A program made the position numbers and the translations under genes. Source: Leptolyngbyaceae cyanobacterium (GTDB lineage: Bacteria; Cyanobacteriota; Cyanobacteriia; Phormidesmidales; Phormidesmidaceae). From it: a DNA stretch of 55,364 nucleotides. The notes beneath the pieces are model-generated. The model was not told the DNA's origin and ran no database searches. It saw only the letters and a program-made list of their open reading frames with translations. Below, piece after piece: positions 37,117 to 43,879 of the stretch. The stretch spans positions 1 to 55,364 of the forward strand of contig CBDHHL010000013.1 of assembly GCA_965263355.1 (NCBI GenBank). Direction: 5' to 3'. The first letter of the stretch is position 1. The number at the start of each line of letters is the position of its first letter.

Positions 37117-37140
37117 TTGAAGTGTAATTGAGGTCGAGTA

Positions 37141-37635
37141 ATGGCAAAAGTATTTAAAGTCAAAACACAAATCCCACCTAGACAACTTGGGCTAGTGGGA
37201 GATAGATCGTGGGAAGAATCCGAAAATCTTTTCTATGCGCAAGAGCTTATCCAAGCTAAAGACCAAAAAGAAGCCATGGCGATCGCGGCTAAGTATGGAG
37301 CGATAGTTTCAGTGGAGGAAACAACCATCAAGCCGAAATCAAAAAGGCAGCAAGCCATAGAAAGCCTACTGTCTGTCAATTCGGCACAAGAAAAAACATG
37401 GCACGAATTTGTATGTGAGTACCTAGTCCTTGTGACTGGGCTTAAGAAAAATAGAGATCTTGTAAGTGGCTACCAGCTGAAGAAAAATAAGAAAGGATAT
37501 TCAATCCGTTGGGGCGGAAGAGACATCATGCTAAATGACATGACTCCTGATGTTGCTTATTCTTTTTGTTTGCGCCATGGACTATCGTACTTTGTCAGGG
37601 AAGCCGAAAATTACAGGATGGATTTATTAGCCTGA
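37141..37635 (+). CDS. Hypothetical protein
   Basis: GAGG RBS; 164 aa. Confidence 0.75.
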   Translation: MAKVFKVKTQIPPRQLGLVGDRSWEESENLFYAQELIQAKDQKEAMAIAAKYGAIVSVEETTIKPKSKRQQAIESLLSVNSAQEKTWHEFVCEYLVLVTGLKKNRDLVSGYQLKKNKKGYSIRWGGRDIMLNDMTPDVAYSFCLRHGLSYFVREAENYRMDLLA

Positions 37636-37640
37636 TTTTT

Positions 37641-37695
37641 TGTCAAGAAATTACTTGACACCTGAAAATAAAAAAGGCATACTTGTTAGTAACAA
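37641..37695 (+). promoter_or_regulatory. Early promoter + operator
   Basis: TGTCAA-N8-TTGACA-17-CATACT, TGTTAGTAACA. Confidence 0.85.
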
Positions 37696-37773
37696 AGCAA
37701 GCAGGGCATATCGGCTCCCCCGAAAGGACATAGCCGAAAAAGCCTGAACAGTATAACTAAAAAGGAGAGTCAA

Positions 37774-38016
37774 ATGTCTGTATTAACTGGCGCTAGTTGC
37801 AATCTTCCAAAGTTTGCACACCTTGAGACCGTCATTGTTGAACGTGGTTATCCTGCCTTTTATGAGGTGTGGAGCATCGAGGAGGTTTTCCCCATTCCCA
37901 TAATCAAAAAAGGGACATCCCAAATCATCGGTTATACGTTCAATTACGCTTTAACTCAAAGTAACGAACTTAAAGTAATTACAAGCTCATGTTCTGAATC
38001 TGAGATTGTTGCCTAA
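37774..38016 (+). CDS. Hypothetical protein
   Basis: AAGGAG RBS; 80 aa. Confidence 0.75.
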   Translation: MSVLTGASCNLPKFAHLETVIVERGYPAFYEVWSIEEVFPIPIIKKGTSQIIGYTFNYALTQSNELKVITSSCSESEIVA

Positions 38017-38055
38017 CCCCGCTAACCATACCCCGGTTAGCGGGGTTCTTTTTTT
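38015..38055 (+). terminator. Intrinsic terminator
   Basis: Same 13-bp stem as 37031 + T tract. Confidence 0.9.
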
Positions 38056-38097
38056 GTCAAGAAAATGCTTGACACTTAAAAAGAGATTCGCTATCTT
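38055..38097 (+). promoter_or_regulatory. Early promoter + operator driving the non-coding region
   Basis: TGTCAA-N8-TTGACA-17-TATCTT. Confidence 0.85.
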
Positions 38098-38103
38098 AGA
38101 AAT

Positions 38104-38491
38104 GTGAGAGACGGGATGCAACCCCGCAGTCAAAGCCACTGACGAGGGGAGATACGCATTTTAACTCTTGGGGTTAGTCAAGATAAACGACGGGTTTTTA
38201 CCCTGATATAGCGGAAGTAACCGCCTACTCATCGCGGTACCACACCAAACGACGGTGTCGGTCGTAAAGTTCGAAAGAAGCCGAAGGTGGGAGGACAAAC
38301 AAAATGACTAACTAAAAGAACAGCAAGCCCAAAGCATACCCGTTGAGCGCTTCGGTGCAATAGGCGACACATGTTAGGGCGAACTAGGAACCCATTAGCG
38401 GGCACACCGAGCTATACAATCGCGTGTCATCCTGGCGAGCTGAGATGTAATCAGTAAGGGCTTTAGCGGTGTTGAGCCTTATCAATGCCGC
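38104..38491 (+). ncRNA. Putative large multi-domain structured RNA, family not recognised
   Basis: No ORF >=60 aa; own promoter; nested helices 38166-38180/38305-38319, 38325-38330/38458-38463, 38366-38370/38424-38428; UUCG and GAAA tetraloops; 3' hairpin. Confidence 0.7.
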
Positions 38492-38615
38492 CTAGAATCT
38501 TTGAGGAAAACCAATGGATAATCTTTATATCATTGGCTACCTTTTGTTTCTCTTCACGGCAAATGTAGCCTTAATGTAGTTTGTTTTCAAAAAAAAGGAA
38601 AAAGGAGAAAAAATC

Positions 38616-38798
38616 ATGAATTGGATTAGTGTTGATGACCACAAGCCCGATGAATGGGAACCAGTGCTGGTATATTCGCCTCACCATGGTTACTTTGTTG
38701 CCACCTACATTGATGGGCGCTGGGAAGATGCCAATACAATGAGAAGTTTGGATGACATGGGAATAACCGATTGGGCAGAATTAACGGTGCCTCAATAG
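38616..38798 (+). CDS. DUF551-like phage protein
   Basis: MNWISVDDHKP...VLVY...ITDW. Confidence 0.85.
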   Translation: MNWISVDDHKPDEWEPVLVYSPHHGYFVATYIDGRWEDANTMRSLDDMGITDWAELTVPQ

Positions 38799-38865
38799 CT
38801 TTCAAATCGCCCCAGGCATGGCGTTAAACTGCCTTTGATGTTTTGTTTTATTAACGGAGAATGAA

Positions 38866-39072
38866 ATGAATAGAAACGATGTGACCAGGGAGGAGTATCT
38901 GGCCCTCGCTGGTCAGGTTGCTAACGGATTGCATGCATGCACTGGGTTTCTCAATGAGCCTGAGGACATAGCCGAATCCGTTCTAGAACGGACTGATGCG
39001 TTGGTTCAAAAGCTCAATGAGCGGTTTGCTCAAGAAGACTTTGAACCAAGTAGTGGCTATTATCAGCTTTAG
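38866..39072 (+). CDS. Hypothetical protein
   Basis: GGAG RBS; 68 aa. Confidence 0.7.
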   Translation: MNRNDVTREEYLALAGQVANGLHACTGFLNEPEDIAESVLERTDALVQKLNERFAQEDFEPSSGYYQL

Positions 39073-39085
39073 GCATGGAGGAGTT

Positions 39086-39367
39086 ATGTTTATCAAACAA
39101 CGAAAGTTTAGAGAGTTTTACTATGAACAGCATTTTGGCCCAACGAGGGGAAGTGCTGCTCATCGTTCTATGCTAGGTCGTAAATATCTCAAGGATGATT
39201 TATTAGCCTTTGCTCGCATGCAGGGGTGTGCTGTACACGAAGGTCTGACTAAGCCTCAGATAGCTGAGCTTCTTATGCAACATGCTCACGCAGGCAGGCC
39301 ATACAGAGATGTCTCTATAGAAGAACTTGCTGATGAATTACTTAAAGAGGCGTTCAGACAACCATGA
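39086..39367 (+). CDS. Hypothetical protein with HeH-like segment
   Basis: GGAGGAG RBS; KDDLLAFAR..G....GLTKPQIA. Confidence 0.7.
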   Translation: MFIKQRKFREFYYEQHFGPTRGSAAHRSMLGRKYLKDDLLAFARMQGCAVHEGLTKPQIAELLMQHAHAGRPYRDVSIEELADELLKEAFRQP

Positions 39368-39594
39368 AAACATATAAAGTTGATGCCACAGGCGACTACA
39401 AAAACGATCGCGCCGCTTTAGACCAGCTAAAGCAAAGAGGTTTTGAGTGCGGCATTGACGTTGGAGGCTTATGGTTTTTGACTGAGCCGGATCAACTTTG
39501 GCGGGCTAAAAACGTTCTGAGTGAATACGGATTGCAGGTTGTCGAGGAAACAACCGCGAGGCTGTTAGCAATGGATCGGCTTGATCAAGTCTGA
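39364..39594 (+). CDS. Hypothetical protein
   Basis: ATGA-coupled 76-aa ORF. Confidence 0.7.
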   Translation: MKTYKVDATGDYKNDRAALDQLKQRGFECGIDVGGLWFLTEPDQLWRAKNVLSEYGLQVVEETTARLLAMDRLDQV

Positions 39595-39642
39595 TTTCAC
39601 GTAATCCTGATCGTATAAATACTTACACCACCGAAAAGAAAA

Positions 39643-40080
39643 ATGAAAAAACTAATCACAGCGATCGCTTTCACCCTTTCTATGGCCACCACGGCCAACG
39701 CGTTACCCGTCTGCTACAGCATGACTGAAGACGGTTCAATCACCGACCTGTCCCATATGTGCCCAGCATCTGAGCAGCCAGTAACGATCGCGGCCAGACG
39801 ATCACCTGAACTACCCGCAGTGGAAGTTGCCACAGAATCGCCTAAAGCCACCTTCCAAGTCCGTCGCATTAACAGAACCAATTGGACAGCTACTGGGACG
39901 GTTAATTTTTCAAGGGCTGCTGAACCAGGCGATCGCGTAGTTCCGTATTTACAGTATGAAGATGGACGGCAGGCATCATTGCCCGCAGTAACATATGAGC
40001 GTGGGAACCGCAGAACGGAGATTACGTTTAATGTGACTCCTGGCACTAGCACTAGTGAGGTAGACGGCGGTGTACGGTAG
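39643..40080 (+). CDS. Secreted protein with signal peptide
   Basis: MKKLITAIAFTLSMATTANA then PVCYSMTEDGSITDLSHMC. Confidence 0.8.
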   Translation: MKKLITAIAFTLSMATTANALPVCYSMTEDGSITDLSHMCPASEQPVTIAARRSPELPAVEVATESPKATFQVRRINRTNWTATGTVNFSRAAEPGDRVVPYLQYEDGRQASLPAVTYERGNRRTEITFNVTPGTSTSEVDGGVR

Positions 40081-40105
40081 TTTTGATTAATTTTTTAAGG
40101 AGATA

Positions 40106-40510
40106 ATGGCAATCACTAACTTCGGCCTATACCCAACTTCTATTATTTTCCAACTACCCACTGGCATAACTGATGATTTTGAGGGTGGCTCCGCTGATGG
40201 CCTAACTGCTGTTACGGTGCCATGCCGGGTAAAAGTCGCGGCTCAAAATAGAGCAAGCCAGTTCAACACTGCCGCGTTCGAAGGCCCCAATAATAATAGT
40301 GTGATGCTACTTGGTTGGTGCGGCACTGAAGCTGCGCCAACTGAGTATTTATTCCCTAATAACCTTAGAGGCTGGCCTGAGCCACCGACTGGGACGATGG
40401 AATTAAACGGCATTAGCGGCAAAGTTGAAGTGCTCATTCAACCGTTCGCGATCGCTGATGCGGCCCCTGGCATTGGCGAACGGTTTATCGCACGATGGAC
40501 AGCTAGCTGA
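40106..40510 (+). CDS. Putative head-closure / head-tail joining protein
   Basis: AAGGAG RBS; beta-rich 134 aa; first gene of the neck/tail cluster. Confidence 0.55.
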   Translation: MAITNFGLYPTSIIFQLPTGITDDFEGGSADGLTAVTVPCRVKVAAQNRASQFNTAAFEGPNNNSVMLLGWCGTEAAPTEYLFPNNLRGWPEPPTGTMELNGISGKVEVLIQPFAIADAAPGIGERFIARWTAS

Positions 40511-40913
40511 GCATACAAATTTTTTGACCTAGTTCACGCAATGGGGTGCTATCAAATCGACTTGCAAATGTTAACGATTCAAACGTCATCACCAAATGAT
40601 CCCCCTCGTATTGACCAAGCTCCCTCATCACTCCAGATGGGCCATAGTTAGTAGCCAGTCGAATCTCATAGCTCGGTAGTAAAATGCTTGGATCGGTGTC
40701 CAGCTCACAGTGATCAGCGCCGCCATTAAAGATTCCGGTTATACATCGGTACATTCCATATGCCGAATAAAGCCCCCACCCTGTTAAGAAAGGGAGTCTA
40801 ACCCCATTAATATAGAATTGAACATTTTTCCCATCGACCACTGTGTCTGGACCTGCACAGATATTCAATGGGATTTTTAATGTGCTAATTTTTGAGGTAC
40901 TTAATTTAATCAT
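40503..40913 (-). CDS. Hypothetical protein (inverted insert)
   Basis: 136 aa overlapping the 40906 gene. Confidence 0.6.
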   Translation of the reverse strand: MIKLSTSKISTLKIPLNICAGPDTVVDGKNVQFYINGVRLPFLTGWGLYSAYGMYRCITGIFNGGADHCELDTDPSILLPSYEIRLATNYGPSGVMRELGQYEGDHLVMTFESLTFASRFDSTPLRELGQKICMLS

Positions 40914-41259
40914 TTATTCCTTGCTCCCAAACTTCCTCAGAGATTTTATACGGTTCGCCTTGGTGCCTAGCCCACACAAGCACTAAACCTTTTTGAATAG
41001 AAACCCGTTGTACTTCACTAGGCTGCAATTCCCGGTTTAATCGCTCATTGGCACTGACTAACTTGGCAGCTTTTCTAAACAACGCTACACGACTGCTGCC
41101 TAATAAATGCAGATGCAAGATATTGACCATGAGATCCATGGTTCCGGTTTGAGTATTGACCCCAAAGTAATCTTTTAATTCTGAAAACCGCTTCAAAGTT
41201 TTTTTAGACAAATGACCGGCTCTTATTTCGCCAGTTTTTTCAGGCAAGTTGCCAGCCAT
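40906..41259 (-). CDS. Hypothetical protein, possible ribbon-helix-helix
   Basis: IRAGHLSKKTLKRFSELKDYFGVNTQTGTMDLMV; start MAGNL. Confidence 0.6.
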   Translation of the reverse strand: MAGNLPEKTGEIRAGHLSKKTLKRFSELKDYFGVNTQTGTMDLMVNILHLHLLGSSRVALFRKAAKLVSANERLNRELQPSEVQRVSIQKGLVLVWARHQGEPYKISEEVWEQGIND

Positions 41260-41324
41260 GAAAAAAAATTCCAAGTATCTTGGAAATTTTAACATATTGC
41301 CAAAAATGACTGTAGGCTGCAGTT

Positions 41325-41717
41325 ATGGCAGTCCTAAATTTTGACAGAACAGCGTTTAATCGTGGCCTTGATAGGGGGCTACGAGGTTTTGCTGTAGATA
41401 TGGATAGGTTGCTAACTGAATCGATTGAGCAACCGTTGTATCCATGGCCAGGGTTCACCAAACGGAAGTCTGGCGAGGAAGTTTTTAGCCCTAGAAATAT
41501 TGTAGACTTGGGAGAATTTAGAGATTCGCAGCAATATAGTTTTCCTTCCCAATTGACTATTTTATTTGAATGGACTGCTCAACATTCAGTATTTGTATTT
41601 AACGGGTTCACGACTCGTAGCGGCTCAACATATCCCGCTCGCAATCCAGTATTACAGACAGTAGAACAATATGACTTGGCTGCTGTCCTGGCCCAGCAAT
41701 TACGGGAGGTGTTCTGA
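41325..41717 (+). CDS. Neck / tail completion protein (HK97 gp10-like)
   Basis: YPWP..T.R.SG....PRNIVDLG..RDSQ...W...HS..V..G....G...PAR. Confidence 0.75.
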   Translation: MAVLNFDRTAFNRGLDRGLRGFAVDMDRLLTESIEQPLYPWPGFTKRKSGEEVFSPRNIVDLGEFRDSQQYSFPSQLTILFEWTAQHSVFVFNGFTTRSGSTYPARNPVLQTVEQYDLAAVLAQQLREVF

Positions 41718-42160
41718 TGCCTGTAATTAGCATTGCCCAGATTAGAGACCAAGTTCAGACGTTGATGACTCCCTATCTGGGAACTCGTACGTATGTTACA
41801 GCTACGGGTACTCAGACATTGCCGTCGTTGGTGTTGGACTATGGCAAAACTCAAGACGTTGGTGGCATTCAATGGCAGAGGCAACCTAAGAGTTTAGAAG
41901 GCTTGGAGGTTGTTATTACGCCTCAGCAGCAAGCGACGCTTACACAGTTTTATTCTCGACAGCTTGGCCTGGAATATACGACTATTATCACGCTGAAACA
42001 GTGGGACGAAGCGGGCACTGTAGCGGCTGCTGCTGCTGCGTTGATTAGCGGCATGGGCTATCTTTTTCAGGCTGGAGTGTCGGTTAAGACGCCAAGGGAT
42101 TCAAGGCTCGACACGATTGAATCTGAAAGTTTTCGAATTGTCCATCAAATCAGGAGTTAA
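41717..42160 (+). CDS. Putative tail terminator
   Basis: Position before the tail tube; GLEVVI...I.LKQWD. Confidence 0.65.
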   Translation: MPVISIAQIRDQVQTLMTPYLGTRTYVTATGTQTLPSLVLDYGKTQDVGGIQWQRQPKSLEGLEVVITPQQQATLTQFYSRQLGLEYTTIITLKQWDEAGTVAAAAAALISGMGYLFQAGVSVKTPRDSRLDTIESESFRIVHQIRS

Positions 42161-42165
42161 TCACT

Positions 42166-42876
42166 ATGCCAGGTGCTGGTAATAATCCACTGTTAATGCC
42201 CGATTCACGGGAGACAAAAATCTTTGCAGCTTTAGTAACAAATAATACGAGCGTGCCCGGTCGGATTGCGCCGATCACTTTAACACTGGGTGCTGCTTTT
42301 ACGGCTACAACTACGGGAACCGCATCAACGATGACTGCGAGCGCTGCTCCTACAGTGCCGATTATCGCGGGAACAGTGTTGCGGTTTGTCGATGCAGCTG
42401 GATCTTATATGGCCATTGTCACAACTGACAGCAACGATGGCAGCAATATTGAGCTGACGGCTAATGAAGATATCCCCAACGGCGCAGTTGCCAATTGGCC
42501 CGGTGAGGTTGATTTGATTACGTCTCACAACCTGGGGGTCCAGACCACGCTGAATAATGTTTCGACATATCAGCACATTGGTTCTGGTGAATCTTCACGT
42601 CAGGATACGACTAGAACTTTCACGATCGCGGCTAACTTATCTGAGTATTCCAGCGGCCAACGGATTTTACGCTATGCCGTGAATGCTGAGAACGATGTTT
42701 ACCTTGAAGTTCAAGACCCGAACCCTGATGCCGTGACGTTTAGTACTCCACCGTTATCGTTTGGCGTTGCTCGAATGTCGGATGGTTCTAAGGATGGCCA
42801 GAACGGCAACAAACTTGCCCTATCTCTTAATGGCACGTTCTCAGGTGCTGTGACTGAACTTGAGGCTGCCGCTTAG
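42166..42876 (+). CDS. Major tail tube protein
   Basis: 236 aa beta-rich; GQRILRYA; located before chaperones and tape measure. Confidence 0.75.
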   Translation: MPGAGNNPLLMPDSRETKIFAALVTNNTSVPGRIAPITLTLGAAFTATTTGTASTMTASAAPTVPIIAGTVLRFVDAAGSYMAIVTTDSNDGSNIELTANEDIPNGAVANWPGEVDLITSHNLGVQTTLNNVSTYQHIGSGESSRQDTTRTFTIAANLSEYSSGQRILRYAVNAENDVYLEVQDPNPDAVTFSTPPLSFGVARMSDGSKDGQNGNKLALSLNGTFSGAVTELEAAA

Positions 42877-42880
42877 TTTA

Positions 42881-43138
42881 GTGAAGATTGAAGCCTTGCA
42901 AAACCAGCATATTTTCATGCTTGGCTGCACAGTTGAGGGGTCAAGGCTAAGGGCATTACTTAGCTTTACTAAACCTAAAATGTGTGCTGGTTTTGCAGGG
43001 CAAGAGGCGTTACTGGTTGAACCGTATCGGCAGAACAATACTGAAATTGTTGTTGTGATGCCGTTTGACTTAGAAGCAATTTACACATACTTAGACTTGG
43101 AGGTTGTTCGTTGTGACTCAGACCTTATGGGAAATTAA
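42881..43138 (+). CDS. Hypothetical tail-region protein
   Basis: GTG start just after the tail tube stop. Confidence 0.55.
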   Translation: MKIEALQNQHIFMLGCTVEGSRLRALLSFTKPKMCAGFAGQEALLVEPYRQNNTEIVVVMPFDLEAIYTYLDLEVVRCDSDLMGN

Positions 43139-43616
43139 ATCAGTCGATCGCGTGGTTCGGGTGCCTGGGATGCCCTCAGTTACTGTTCCGGTTTATCCGT
43201 CCTTATTAGTGGCAGAGGAAGAATATTTCCAGAGTCTTAGGGATAACGAAGAGATTAGCGATAAGCGATTGATGGACCTGTTAGTTGCGTTTTGCCTTAA
43301 ACATCGTGGCGTACTTGGCGATGATGTCCCTACTGAAAAGATTATTGCAAATACTCCCAGGCCATTGGCTGAAGCTTTGTTTAGCTTATTTATCTATGGC
43401 TTACCAGGGAAGCGAGTAAATCCAACTGAGTATATTTACGATCCTGAAACTGAGTTGGGAAACGACGAAACTCAGAGCCAATCGACTGGGGGAAACTCTG
43501 CTGGCAACTCCAGCGCTGGTATCCAGGCTGCGAATATTTCAGACCTTCCCAGTTTAGAAACTGTCCGTCAAAACTCGCCTTGGATGCCGCCAGAGTCTGG
43601 CGCGATGACCGCATAG
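43113..43616 (+). CDS. Tail assembly chaperone (gpG-like)
   Basis: GGAGG RBS + GTG; in-frame slippery G GGA AAC at 43457-43463. Confidence 0.8.
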   Translation: MTQTLWEIKSVDRVVRVPGMPSVTVPVYPSLLVAEEEYFQSLRDNEEISDKRLMDLLVAFCLKHRGVLGDDVPTEKIIANTPRPLAEALFSLFIYGLPGKRVNPTEYIYDPETELGNDETQSQSTGGNSAGNSSAGIQAANISDLPSLETVRQNSPWMPPESGAMTA

Positions 43617-43879
43617 CTGAGCTAGCCGAGGAAGCCACGGCGACTAGTGAGGTTGCGGCATTAATCGCACGGGCGAATTTTAAGAACGCTGAAGACGCCA
43701 GCGCGACTGATTTTAATCGTTGGGGATTAACCCAACGCAGGAATGAGCTTGCTAAGACTATCCCTCCTGAGGCCGCAAAAATCTATGTGAAGTTGCTGAA
43801 GAAAAGCCGAGTGCCAGATTGGGCGAGGGCGATTATGTCTGAACGCGATATGACGTTATTAGCAGGAAAGGTTGAATAG
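43457..43879 (+). CDS. Tail assembly chaperone gpT-like part reached by -1 frameshift
   Basis: -1 frame open from 43457: GKRRNSEPIDWGKLCWQLQRWYP...LDAARVWRD...GKVE*. Confidence 0.8.
   Translation, partial: GKRRNSEPIDWGKLCWQLQRWYPGCEYFRPSQFRNCPSKLALDAARVWRDDRIAELAEEATATSEVAALIARANFKNAEDASATDFNRWGLTQRRNELAKTIPPEAAKIYVKLLKKSRVPDWARAIMSERDMTLLAGKVE

Noticed and set aside
37702..37746. c-di-GMP-I riboswitch (GGGCA...GAAA...AAAGCC resemblance)
   Set aside because: Lacks the second hairpin with the tetraloop receptor; kept only as an unknown leader
38139..38145. Hammerhead core CUGACGA
   Set aside because: No properly placed stem II-GAAA-stem III-UH found
24515..41315. TGCCAAAAATG.C.GTA motif at about 24515 and 41299 as a late promoter
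   Set aside because: Only two copies with inconsistent orientation relative to structural genes; too weak
43129..43135. Additional slippery G GGA AAT at the end of 42881-43138
   Set aside because: The -1 frame is not the chaperone frame and closes soon; the chaperone has its own RBS and GTG
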